Of a DNA stretch of 36,670 nucleotides, positions 27,196 through 36,670 are shown piece after piece. The DNA comes from Candidatus Woesearchaeota archaeon UBA119 (GTDB lineage Archaea > Nanobdellota > Nanobdellia > Woesearchaeales > UBA119), in NCBI GenBank assembly GCA_002505945.1, contig DAWM01000022.1, forward strand, positions 19,032 through 55,701. The letters are read 5' to 3'. Every line of letters begins with the position of its first letter. The first letter of the stretch is position 1. A program made the position numbers and the translations under genes. The notes under the pieces are model-generated. The model was not told where the DNA came from and ran no database searches. It saw only the letters and a program-made list of their open reading frames with translations.

Positions 27196-30100
27196 TGTTG
27201 AAAAGTTCATAGTCTGCATTTTTTAAATAAGTTATATCTCCCACATAGCTCTCTAACATAGCATTTAGTTTATCTTCAACAACATCTTTGGTAGAAGCAA
27301 CCATAAACAATACACTCTCTCCACCATATTGGATCTTTTTCATATAAAAATTCTTAAAAGACCAGGCAATAAGTCCATAAGCAGGTATTGTATCCTTGTT
27401 GCCACAGAAACCATTTTGGATTGTTTCACTGAATTCCATCTCATCCTGTTTAATTGATATTGGAATTTCGCATTTCCCCTGGAACTCTTCTTTAAATTCG
27501 GCAATCCCCTCTAGACAGAAACCTTCAGATTGGTAGAAATTAATGCAAGGTGAAATCACTGGGTTTTCAACAGGTTCCGAAATAAAGATTAAGTATGTCT
27601 TGTCGTTATTTTCCGTGAATAAAGGATACTCATTCTCCTCCACAAAAAGGGTTATATCTCCAGTTCTCTCAAGTTTAATTTTAGTTTCCTTTACATTTAC
27701 ATTCTTCAACATCTCTTGAAACTTTAAATTAACCATTTTATTCTTGTTGAGGTCTTGTTTTAGTCGCATGTCAAATATGTTGAGCATTAGACGAGTTTGT
27801 AAACTATTCCAATTTGTTATAACCCAAGTATAAGGAGCAATTATAATCTGTCCTGTTTCTTTTACCAGCTCCCCTGCCTCATCTACAAATGCCTTAAATG
27901 TATTGATATCCCTTTTTCTGAAATCCATCGTGAGTACTCTCTTTCCTACCTCGTCCTTGGAAACTTTGAATAATACATTACCATCATCGTCAATGTTCAG
28001 GATTTGTTCTGATGCTTTTACTCCCTGGACGAGCTCTATAATATAGGTTTTCTCTAAGAACTCCAAAACTATCTCTTCTGTTCCAAAATCAATTTCCCGC
28101 CTCTCGCCCTCAATATCCTCAATAACTATTTTATTTATTGTATACTTAGTAGGTGTTTTTTCTTCTTGATTCCTCAGATATAACCCTAAAGCCCATCCAG
28201 GATCATCAATAGGATTCGTATATTCAAGACTTTTTATAGCATTGAAGACCTGTTCTGTCTTAAGTATTTCGCCTCCGCCGTTTGCGAGGATGTCTTTTAT
28301 CTTTGATATAACATCTCCAACTGCCATGCACTTAGGCTCATCAATATTTGCAAACCAAGGGATATCGCAGCTGCCCTCCATTGAGTGAGTAGTCTCGCTT
28401 ACAAAGAGAGAGTCTGGGTCGTACTCATAACATTCATTATCCTTGTCATAATAATACTTTGAAAACTTCAACTTTGTTTCTCCTGAGAACACAGCCTCCC
28501 TATTGCCGTCCGCTAGCTTTATCTTTGACTCTAATTTATCTGAGAATTGTGTGAAATATTTATCGTTGGATTCCAATTCAAAAATTTCTTCTCCATTTCT
28601 GATGATAAGTTGTTCATCCGAGGGGATAGGGAATTTTACCAATGTGAAATTATATGTATCTTCATCTTCTATGTAATTTATACATTCATTATCATTGATT
28701 CTTTTATTAATATCAGAAAGCGTTTCAGAGCAACCCTCATAAGCAAGCTCATTATTTCCTTTCAAATCAAAATGTTCTTTAATTCCGTCGTGCCCGCCTT
28801 CGCCTTTTTCTAATACAGTTAGAATTACATCCTCATCGCCTTGAGAACAATTCCTCACAAGAACCAGCAAGCTCCCTGTTTCACTAACCTCCCCATCTAA
28901 TATATTTACAATATTGTCTGATGTTTGGAGTTCATACAGATTCTCTCCTGAAGAATACATAAGTCCCCCTCCTTGAGAGACAACCCTAAAGCTTCCCTTT
29001 GGAAATGCTTCGGATGCATAACCTACAAACGCTTTGATGTTTTTATCGTTAAAAAACTTATCAAGTGCGTCAAGTACTGCAGTGTCAATTTCCTTTTGAA
29101 TCTCCTTACTGCATTCCTCAAGTTCCTTATTTGTTTCAATTGTTAACCCATTATATTCATCCTTCTTGAACTCAATCTCTTGGTCATTATTATAAACTCC
29201 ACCAATAGCCCAATCTTCTTTAATATAACATTCGCTTGCAGAGTTCAAGTTATGGTTTCTTATAACTGTTGGTATGTTACCTGTAAGCACAACTTCTCCT
29301 TCAACATTAATTCCTGTGCTTCCCCTTGCTAACTCATAAATCTCTCCGTTAAGATAATATCTCAATACTGCCTTTTTGTTTAAGAATACAATCTTAAGCT
29401 GCCCTAACTGCCCTCTTTCATCGAACAAGTTTTCATGTCCTGAGAAATATTGTGATTTGATGCTATTCAAATCAAGGATAATTCGTGTAGCATAATTTTC
29501 GTTATTGTTTTCAGCATCTTTTATATCAGTAATAAGTTGAGCGAAACTATCCTTCAGTTCTTGATTTATAGTTCCTACTTGATCAAACTCCATTATCAGT
29601 TTGTTTCCTTCTATCTTTAGGACAACATACCCTGAAGCAGGTATAGAAGCAATAGGATTTTGTCCATTGTTAAATTCAATGTTATACATGCTTTCTTTCA
29701 GGTCTATTCTTACCTGTTGCTGCGTATCTGTTTTTCTTCTTAGGAAAATTTTGTCGGAAGTGGGATAATCTATTATAACAGAATTGATTTCTTCAGAGCT
29801 AATGTAAAGCTCTTGGTTTATCTCTTCTCCGCCAACGAACTTAACTCCAAACTCCAGTTTATTATTTGGATATGCGGATTCAAAGTAATCCACTGCCTTA
29901 AAAAATTTCTGAATACCCATGGTTATTTCTCCCCCATTATCCAAAAGACTTTTTATCTTGCTTATTGCATCTCCTACCTCAGAACACTTTGGTTTTATAG
30001 GTGAAAGAGAAGCATCATCAGCGGTATAACATGTGTTTCCTACCATGTCTAAGGATGTTGGAGTTATATAAATGTTAGAATTGCCTTGAGCATAGCATCC

Positions 30101-33100
30101 TTCTTGTTGGAAATATTTTGAGAAAAGCAAGACGTTTCCAGATGAAAGAATACTAGACTCTTCCCCTTGAGTTACCCAAGGAGTCCTCATCTTCTTGGAA
30201 TATTGCGGATAAAATCTATAATCAGAATCAACCACGAATTGTTCATTTCCTTCCATAAGGGAAATGCTTTCTCCATTTTCTCTACCTGGCCATTTAACTA
30301 TGGTGTAATCGGAATTCCAAAGATTATCTTCAACACAGCTTATTCTGGCATTAATAGCATCCAGCGTAGGAGAACACTTTTCGTGGTAATAGATTGGCGT
30401 ATATTCTGTGGTTATAATGGAATCTATGTGGTTCTTTAGTTTAGTGTATTCATCTTCATTTGCATCTATCAAATCAACTATTACCTCTCCGTGTTGATTT
30501 TGATAGGAGCACTCCCTTAAAAATAAGAGGAAGTATTCGCCTGCCGGTTTTTCAATAATTCTCACATTATTATTGAAGTCTTTCAAGATAATTGTTTCCT
30601 GTCCCGTTATCCCATAGTTGAAGTCGCCATATCTTATTGAGAATCCTTTCATACTGTAATCAAAGTTAATAGTAAACTTAGGAGTATCATCATCTATTTT
30701 AATAATTAAGGCTTTCCAATTATTATTGAAGAACTCGGAGATAGATTCTCCAAGCTCCTCGGTTTTATCTTCTCCTCCAATCTTCTCACAATTATCCATA
30801 TGGCTTTCGATTACCCAGAATGGTTTTTCCCTTTTGATCCTAGAGTTATCATAGCTTATAATCTTCCATTTCTGAAGCTTGTCATAGCACTCTATATCCG
30901 TTCCATCTGATTTCTTCTCTGTTCTTGTTTCAAAATTGGATATGATTATGTTGTTGTTCTTACTCAAAACATAATTTTTTTCAGATGCTAAATCCAGTCC
31001 AACTTTCATTATATGGGTTGTACCAGAGGACAAGTCCACCATGTTGTTTTTAAATGTGATAGTAAGATGCCCAAGATTCCCATTAAAGTAAACTTCATTA
31101 ACCTTGTCGTGATCAATGATTATGCTCATAACGTCATCAGAGTAATCTGATAGCTTTCCATTTAAATCGTTTACAAAACTGCTGAAAGAATTCCTTATTT
31201 CATAAAACTCAGACTCCTCTCCCATAAAGTTCATCGTAATGGTGTCTCCTTCTCGTTTTAGGACCATTTTCTCTGAATTAGCGAAGTCTCCAATGCTTGC
31301 AGGGTTTGTTATTTGGATTCGATAAAAAGTATTTGTTGAGGATAAATAGAAGATGGTTTCTTCATCGCCAAGTTCTATTACCTTCCTTTCATACTCGCCA
31401 TTCTCTTTTTGATATATTATTCTTACATGCTTTATGCCTGATGTTTTAACTCCGGGGTTTGTTTGTGCACCGCCGTCATTTCCTTTAAAGAACACAGAAA
31501 ACTTCGGTTGGTCTTCATCTTCAGCTTTGTTGTATTCAATATTGTCTATGGCTTCGAAGAAATCGTTTGTATTTATCTCAGCCGATCCTCCATTCTCAAT
31601 TATATCTTTTATCGTAGTTATTGTTTCGCTTCCTTCAGGTTCTTTTTCATCCCAATACTCGCAAGCAGACCCGCTAGTTGCTCTCAAATCAGTGATATAG
31701 AGATAATTATCATTGCCCTTTAACACTCCACCTGTTTCATCAATATATCCCTTTGACATCTTAATTCTCTTGTTTCCTTCAATAGACAGTTCTAATAAGG
31801 AATAGTAACTTTCAGAATCTTGTGCTTTCATGATTATTTTGCCAATAGGTTTTTCTAGTTTGTCGCTGTATTGAGGGAAATATCTGTTGGCAGAAGTCAG
31901 TTTGAACTCATTCCAATAAGGCTGGATACTTAGTTTTTCTGTTTTCTCAAACTCAAGGTTTATTAAGGCATAATCTTTTTCTCTGTTTAATAGGTCATTG
32001 GCGCAGGTTATCCCTTTATTAATATTTGTCAAGCTCTCAGAGCAGCGTTCATATTGTACCACTCCATCCCCACTATCAAAATACTTTCTGAGCTTTGAAT
32101 TCTCTGCCTTATCAGAAGCAACCACATCCAGAATAACATTATTGCTGTCATATGAGCAGTTTCTGACAAGCTTGAGTATTCCTCCTTTTTGCATATATCC
32201 TTCCTTTATATTGACATTCTGCCCCGGTGTCTCAATATCAAACTTATCTCCTTCCTTGCTTAAATAAATTAGAGATTCACCGCTTTTCTCAAAAACACCG
32301 CCTAAATAACCATCTTCATTGAAAAATATGCCTGCCTTTCTATTCTTATCAGCAAAGAAATTATCAATTTCGCCAATAAAGGATTCAACATCTTGTTCTT
32401 TAACGAGTCCACTGCATTCAGGCAGGGAGTATTTATCAATCTGAATTCCATAAAGTGTTGTCGTTGTCTTTTTGTCATTAATGTCCTCAAGTCCTGTGTC
32501 TGTAACCTGTCCGCCTCCTAATTTCCAATTGATGGGAGTATAGCAGTATTTGGAGTTCTTTTCTGAAAGGTCAAAGTTTCCTATAATCAATGGATTGTTT
32601 GTAAGGGTGCGAGTTTCATCGGCATGTATGTAGTAAGAATCCCTACTGGCAATCACACCGCCACTGTTAAGATATTGGTATTTGAGAGTTGCCTTCTGAT
32701 TAGAAAATTCAATCATCAGCGTTTCATCTTCAAACAATCCTTTGTCTTCTTTAAAGTACTCGTTTGCGATATTATCGAGTGTAAGTGAGAAGAATGTCGG
32801 CTCGTCTTCATGGCTGTAAGCGAGGTTGTTAAGTTTAGTTGTAAAATCCTTAAATCCTTGCTTTAGTCTTTCTTCATTTATTACCTGCTCTTCTTTCCCT
32901 TTCTCGAATCGAATTTCAAACCTCCAAAAAATTCTTTCTTCTGCCTTCTTCTTTATATGCACCTTGGATGATGGGACGATGCCTGTGCTGATCTCGTCTT
33001 CTCCATAAATCTCAATTTTCAGAGTGTTAAGAAAATTAGCTTTTTCACCGTTTTCTAACACATATTCTTCAGTGTCTCCTGCTATATTAGGATAAAAGAT

Positions 33101-36100
33101 AATTGGTTCTAAATAAAGCCGATAACTTTTTTCTTCGCCGTTAGAGTAACCTACATCCAAGACATGAGACCAAGGCTTTTTTATGAAATTGAGAGCTTTA
33201 AAGAAATACTCTGCGCGCTCAATTGTCGCTTCATTAACAAAATTGTCGTGCGCTAAAACCGTCTTAATCTTTTTAATCGCAAGCCCAACCTCATCGCATT
33301 TTGGTTTTATGGGTGAAAGGGAAGCATCATCAGGGGTATAACATGTGTCTCCTACCATATTTATCTCGGTTGAACCCACAAAAATAAGATCCTCATCTTT
33401 CTTGTAACAATAGTATTCTGTGGAGTAATTATATTTTGTAAAGAGCAGTTCCTTTTCTTCAGTCCCTGAGAAAAGATTGTCTGCATTTCCCTTTATTTCT
33501 AATGGTCTGCTAAACTCTTTGGAATATTGCGGATAATACCTATCATCAGAATTGACTACAAATTGTTTATTCCCTTTCATGAGAGAAACGCTTTCTCCCT
33601 CTTTTTTACTAGGCCATTTAACTATGGTGTAATCTTCAGCGCCTAAATATTCATCAACACAGTCTATTCTTGTGTTTATGTTGGATATAGTATCTAAACA
33701 GGTTTCATGATAAAAGACCTGGTTGGCCCTTCCTTCGCTTTCCCTTATAGAAATAATCTTGTCGTTTAGGCTGTTATACTCCTTATTCCCTTCTGCTTTT
33801 CCAACAAAATCAACAACTACGCTCTCTTTTGGATAGGAGCAGTTCCTAAGAAAAATAAGGAATCCTCTCTTTCCTGCTCCTTTAAGAATGATATCCTTTA
33901 CTCCGTTGGTCTCAATTGTTTCTCCTTTTAATAAGAACGTATCAGGATTATTCCCATTATCAAATGTTGTGAGTTCTAATCCAGGAGTTTCTTCTGTGAG
34001 GTTAATAACCAGTACTTTCCAATTGTCTTCTGCGAAAAAGGACTCTACCTTATTCACAATCTCATCAATCATTGTCTCTTTTTGAACCTCAGTACAGCTC
34101 TTTATATTAGTTGGACCAGAATGGATTGCGGTTGCCCTTGGTTTATTTGCCCCATCCATTACCCAGTTTCCTTTATTTGTTTTCCTATAGCACCTTTTGT
34201 TATCATCGTCATCGTTCTCAATCATATAATTGCGCAGAAGAGTATGATAATTAAAATCAAAACCATTAGCTAGCTTCTCTCCATAATTACTCTGAGCTAT
34301 GAAATTAGTGCCTGTTGAATATTCCTTGCTATAAAAAAGCAGCTTAGCTTCCTTTTCCAGGAATTTGATTCTATATTCCTCAAGATTACCAAAGAAGTAG
34401 TTGTCAACTACCTCATTATAGTTCAGCGTGATGTTCATGGCTTCACCGGAATCTTCATTTTCCTCGATTGTACTGTTTAGAGCTTCTATGAAATTATAAA
34501 AGCCATCAATGTATTCACATTCAGCGATTGAGATTGATTTGATCGTTTTCACGGCATCTTCTCTGTTCTGATATTTATCTTCCGTAATGACTCTCCAGCT
34601 ATCTATCATCTCATTACAGGGTTTGTTATGGGTTAAGGAAATGATGTAGTTTCTTAGCCCGAAAATCTCTTTTAAGTTATATTCTGAAGTGGATTCTACA
34701 CCAATCTTTTTTAGATAAATCTTATTCTCTTCTCCTTTAAGTGTAATTTTACCGTTGGCTACAAAGATATTAAAGATATTTAATATTCCTTTAAAGCATT
34801 CCTTATTTATCAGGTTATAATTGAGCACAATATCCATTGGTTTATCATTATTAACTTCATTTTCAATCTTGCTTTTTAATCCATTTACAAACTCGTCAAA
34901 GTAAACCTTTGCAATATCCCAAGCAGTTTCCTCTCCCTTAAAATTTATTACGAGCACGGGCTCTTCATTAATCTGTTTTAGTTCTAATGCAACTTTATTA
35001 GAATAAAGGATATCGATGGGGTCTCTATTTGTGATCTCTATCCCTTTGTAATCTTCTATTAAGAACCTAATTATTGTTCTTTGCGTAGGTTCAACAATCC
35101 TTGCTATCACTTCGGTTTCCCCTGAATTAAGAGGGTCTACATTTTCCTCGTTGAGTATGGCCACTTTTTTTATTGGGTATGGTGTTGATTCTTCAGAAGT
35201 GATGAACTTAGCCACAAGTTCAGAGTCCTTTCCATCATATTCTAAGGTTTCAAGCGCATTAAGGAATTCATCAGTGTTAATAACTCGTCTGCCTTTTCCT
35301 TCCAAGGCTTCCTTGATTAGAGGTATTGCATTCCCGACATCCTCGCATTTCTTATTATAGATAGAACTTAGTTCTCCTTTGAAAGAATTGCAACTGCCTT
35401 CAAGACTTTCTTCAGTTTTACTAAGGTATATATTGGAATCATCCTTTTGATAGCATTCTTCAACATCTTTAAGATAGTATCTTGAGAATTTTATTTTTTC
35501 GTTTTTTCCTGCCTCAATGAACCCCTTATCTCCATTTATTTTTATATCTTCATCCATTTGCATTTGCTTGCTGAATTGAGGATAATATCTCAAAGAAGAG
35601 GTTAGATTAAAGTGTTTTTGTTCCTCATTAATCCTCGCTTTCTCATCTTCCCCAATTCCAAACTTAACTATAATATAATCGTTATCCTCTAATTCTATTT
35701 TTTCATTCACACAATCAATGTATTCGTTCAATTTCTCCAAGCTACCGGAGCACATCTCTTTGTGGAATACATTAGGCGCAGCGTTTTTTGCTTCTCTTAT
35801 ATCTTCTAATTTTGTTTTTAGATTATTGAATTCAGCTTCATCTTCATCCTCCCCGATGAAGTCAACTATTGCTGCTCCTGAGGGTTTTGAGCAGTTTCTC
35901 AGCAGCACCAAATAGCTTTGTCCTTTAGGTCTCTCTATAATACCCGACTCAGAACTATCTTTTAATACCAAGCTTTCCTGATTGATCTCAACATTAATTT
36001 CCTTACTCATAATATAATTACCTAATGTTGTGAACTCCAAATCAGGGGCATTCTTATCCAAAAATATAACCAAAGCCTTCGTTTTCTTATTGTTAAAGAA

Positions 36101-36670
36101 TTCATTCATTTCTGTCTCTATTTCTTCAATATTTGCTTCAGTTACCATATCCACACATTTGTGAAGACTTCTCTCCACAGCATCAGAGATTGCTTCTTTA
36201 TTAGGGCTACTATCATATGCTACAACCCATTTGTCTGTTACTTTTCTATAACAAGACCCATATGTTGCGCTTTTTTCTACAAGATAGTTCTTAAGTACTG
36301 AATTGCAATTAAAAAGATATGGTTCTTCTGTTCTATCAGCAATTAGCAGGATTGAAACACCTATCTCTTCTGATAACACAACCTTATCATTTTCTTTATT
36401 TACCAATTCTGCTTTGCCACTTGAAAACTTTATTTCATACCTATCAAGGTTTCCATAGAAATATTCTTGTTTAATCTTATTATAGTTTAGTTTTATTTGT
36501 TTTCCAGGAGCATTTGCTTTATCTTTGTTGATTCTGGTTATCTCTTCTTTCAGGTCGTCTATGAATCTTTCAAATCCTTTTTTAGCGTAGTACTCAGGAA
36601 TCTTCAGGCAGTCTTGGTGCGGCTCGCATTGAACATCTTCTTGCGCTCCCTCAAATCTAGAACACATGTA
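27185..36670 (-). CDS. Giant repetitive protein (>3160 aa), probably extracellular; reading frame open at the window edge
   Basis: Uninterrupted frame of at least 9486 nt, continuing to 36670 (TAC ATG TGT). Acidic and Asn-rich, with regularly spaced Cys and five large repeats. Confidence 0.9.
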   Translation of the reverse strand, partial: YMCSRFEGAQEDVQCEPHQDCLKIPEYYAKKGFERFIDDLKEEITRINKDKANAPGKQIKLNYNKIKQEYFYGNLDRYEIKFSSGKAELVNKENDKVVLSEEIGVSILLIADRTEEPYLFNCNSVLKNYLVEKSATYGSCYRKVTDKWVVAYDSSPNKEAISDAVERSLHKCVDMVTEANIEEIETEMNEFFNNKKTKALVIFLDKNAPDLEFTTLGNYIMSKEINVEINQESLVLKDSSESGIIERPKGQSYLVLLRNCSKPSGAAIVDFIGEDEDEAEFNNLKTKLEDIREAKNAAPNVFHKEMCSGSLEKLNEYIDCVNEKIELEDNDYIIVKFGIGEDEKARINEEQKHFNLTSSLRYYPQFSKQMQMDEDIKINGDKGFIEAGKNEKIKFSRYYLKDVEECYQKDDSNIYLSKTEESLEGSCNSFKGELSSIYNKKCEDVGNAIPLIKEALEGKGRRVINTDEFLNALETLEYDGKDSELVAKFITSEESTPYPIKKVAILNEENVDPLNSGETEVIARIVEPTQRTIIRFLIEDYKGIEITNRDPIDILYSNKVALELKQINEEPVLVINFKGEETAWDIAKVYFDEFVNGLKSKIENEVNNDKPMDIVLNYNLINKECFKGILNIFNIFVANGKITLKGEENKIYLKKIGVESTSEYNLKEIFGLRNYIISLTHNKPCNEMIDSWRVITEDKYQNREDAVKTIKSISIAECEYIDGFYNFIEALNSTIEENEDSGEAMNITLNYNEVVDNYFFGNLEEYRIKFLEKEAKLLFYSKEYSTGTNFIAQSNYGEKLANGFDFNYHTLLRNYMIENDDDDNKRCYRKTNKGNWVMDGANKPRATAIHSGPTNIKSCTEVQKETMIDEIVNKVESFFAEDNWKVLVINLTEETPGLELTTFDNGNNPDTFLLKGETIETNGVKDIILKGAGKRGFLIFLRNCSYPKESVVVDFVGKAEGNKEYNSLNDKIISIRESEGRANQVFYHETCLDTISNINTRIDCVDEYLGAEDYTIVKWPSKKEGESVSLMKGNKQFVVNSDDRYYPQYSKEFSRPLEIKGNADNLFSGTEEKELLFTKYNYSTEYYCYKKDEDLIFVGSTEINMVGDTCYTPDDASLSPIKPKCDEVGLAIKKIKTVLAHDNFVNEATIERAEYFFKALNFIKKPWSHVLDVGYSNGEEKSYRLYLEPIIFYPNIAGDTEEYVLENGEKANFLNTLKIEIYGEDEISTGIVPSSKVHIKKKAEERIFWRFEIRFEKGKEEQVINEERLKQGFKDFTTKLNNLAYSHEDEPTFFSLTLDNIANEYFKEDKGLFEDETLMIEFSNQKATLKYQYLNSGGVIASRDSYYIHADETRTLTNNPLIIGNFDLSEKNSKYCYTPINWKLGGGQVTDTGLEDINDKKTTTTLYGIQIDKYSLPECSGLVKEQDVESFIGEIDNFFADKNRKAGIFFNEDGYLGGVFEKSGESLIYLSKEGDKFDIETPGQNVNIKEGYMQKGGILKLVRNCSYDSNNVILDVVASDKAENSKLRKYFDSGDGVVQYERCSESLTNINKGITCANDLLNREKDYALINLEFEKTEKLSIQPYWNEFKLTSANRYFPQYSDKLEKPIGKIIMKAQDSESYYSLLELSIEGNKRIKMSKGYIDETGGVLKGNDNYLYITDLRATSGSACEYWDEKEPEGSETITTIKDIIENGGSAEINTNDFFEAIDNIEYNKAEDEDQPKFSVFFKGNDGGAQTNPGVKTSGIKHVRIIYQKENGEYERKVIELGDEETIFYLSSTNTFYRIQITNPASIGDFANSEKMVLKREGDTITMNFMGEESEFYEIRNSFSSFVNDLNGKLSDYSDDVMSIIIDHDKVNEVYFNGNLGHLTITFKNNMVDLSSGTTHIMKVGLDLASEKNYVLSKNNNIIISNFETRTEKKSDGTDIECYDKLQKWKIISYDNSRIKREKPFWVIESHMDNCEKIGGEDKTEELGESISEFFNNNWKALIIKIDDDTPKFTINFDYSMKGFSIRYGDFNYGITGQETIILKDFNNNVRIIEKPAGEYFLLFLRECSYQNQHGEVIVDLIDANEDEYTKLKNHIDSIITTEYTPIYYHEKCSPTLDAINARISCVEDNLWNSDYTIVKWPGRENGESISLMEGNEQFVVDSDYRFYPQYSKKMRTPWVTQGEESSILSSGNVLLFSKYFQQEGCYAQGNSNIYITPTSLDMVGNTCYTADDASLSPIKPKCSEVGDAISKIKSLLDNGGEITMGIQKFFKAVDYFESAYPNNKLEFGVKFVGGEEINQELYISSEEINSVIIDYPTSDKIFLRRKTDTQQQVRIDLKESMYNIEFNNGQNPIASIPASGYVVLKIEGNKLIMEFDQVGTINQELKDSFAQLITDIKDAENNNENYATRIILDLNSIKSQYFSGHENLFDERGQLGQLKIVFLNKKAVLRYYLNGEIYELARGSTGINVEGEVVLTGNIPTVIRNHNLNSASECYIKEDWAIGGVYNNDQEIEFKKDEYNGLTIETNKELEECSKEIQKEIDTAVLDALDKFFNDKNIKAFVGYASEAFPKGSFRVVSQGGGLMYSSGENLYELQTSDNIVNILDGEVSETGSLLVLVRNCSQGDEDVILTVLEKGEGGHDGIKEHFDLKGNNELAYEGCSETLSDINKRINDNECINYIEDEDTYNFTLVKFPIPSDEQLIIRNGEEIFELESNDKYFTQFSDKLESKIKLADGNREAVFSGETKLKFSKYYYDKDNECYEYDPDSLFVSETTHSMEGSCDIPWFANIDEPKCMAVGDVISKIKDILANGGGEILKTEQVFNAIKSLEYTNPIDDPGWALGLYLRNQEEKTPTKYTINKIVIEDIEGERREIDFGTEEIVLEFLEKTYIIELVQGVKASEQILNIDDDGNVLFKVSKDEVGKRVLTMDFRKRDINTFKAFVDEAGELVKETGQIIIAPYTWVITNWNSLQTRLMLNIFDMRLKQDLNKNKMVNLKFQEMLKNVNVKETKIKLERTGDITLFVEENEYPLFTENNDKTYLIFISEPVENPVISPCINFYQSEGFCLEGIAEFKEEFQGKCEIPISIKQDEMEFSETIQNGFCGNKDTIPAYGLIAWSFKNFYMKKIQYGGESVLFMVASTKDVVEDKLNAMLESYVGDITYLKNADYELFNNEK
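27911..36586 (-). repeat. Five tandem ~550-aa protein repeats plus one extra ~133-aa sub-module
   Basis: Approximate units: R1 34913-36586, extra module 34514-34912, R2 32867-34513, R3 31199-32866, R4 29558-31198, R5 27911-29557. Recurring motifs F..F...L, YF.G, CY...W, FF, [LV]R[NE]CS, C...L..IN, RYYPQ[FY]S and KC..VG..I..IK. Confidence 0.88.

Noticed and set aside
27196..27219. Longer start (MQTMNFST) for the second mini-pilin
   Set aside because: The paralog begins at MKNKKS; ATG 27195 gives the same N-terminus and a typical short overlap.
29988..33358. Near-identical 59-nt pair as a diversity-generating retroelement TR/VR
   Set aside because: Mismatches on the coding strand (C/T, C/T, C/G, G/A) are not adenine-specific, both copies are in-frame coding sequence, and no reverse transcriptase is in the window.
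28547..35915. Numerous short ORFs within the giant gene
   Set aside because: Antisense or off-frame shadows of a single long coding frame.
1..36670. CRISPR array, tRNA/rRNA, transposase/integrase or defence system
   Set aside because: No regularly spaced short repeats, cloverleaf-like sequence or recombinase/nuclease motifs seen by eye, and intergenic gaps are under about 230 nt. A tRNAscan/Infernal run would be needed to exclude small RNAs.

Overview
Low-GC, gene-dense archaeal chromosomal window. Archaeal markers are aRF1, RFC small subunit, AglB/STT3, TrmB and BRE-TATA promoters. The gene style points to a DPANN lineage, probably Woesearchaeota-like (inference). Left to right: a bacterial-type upp-uraA uracil salvage operon (uraA runs off the left edge and is missing from the ORF track); a divergent AbrB-PhoU / Lrp regulator pair; three tandem paralogous lipobox proteins; rfcS; a PRC-barrel protein; a type IIA P-type ATPase; a membrane-anchored ArsR-like regulator; an ABC-2 exporter with a long extracytoplasmic helical insert; aRF1; a HExxH metalloprotease-like protein; a membrane protein; a complete bacterial-type Lgt behind an archaeal promoter; TrmB; and a glycosylation cluster (aglB, GT2, DUF2304, radical SAM/SPASM, GT2). 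The window ends with the 3' part of an operon: a giant protein (>3160 aa, 5'-open) built of five ~550-aa Cys-containing repeats, followed by two small class III signal-peptide (pilin-like) proteins with a beta-defensin-like six-cysteine motif. The most notable signals are Lgt plus lipobox substrates in an archaeon, and the giant-repeat / Cys-rich mini-pilin surface operon beside the N-glycosylation genes. No rRNA, tRNA, CRISPR array or mobile element was recognised. All assignments come from motif reading by eye, without database searches.
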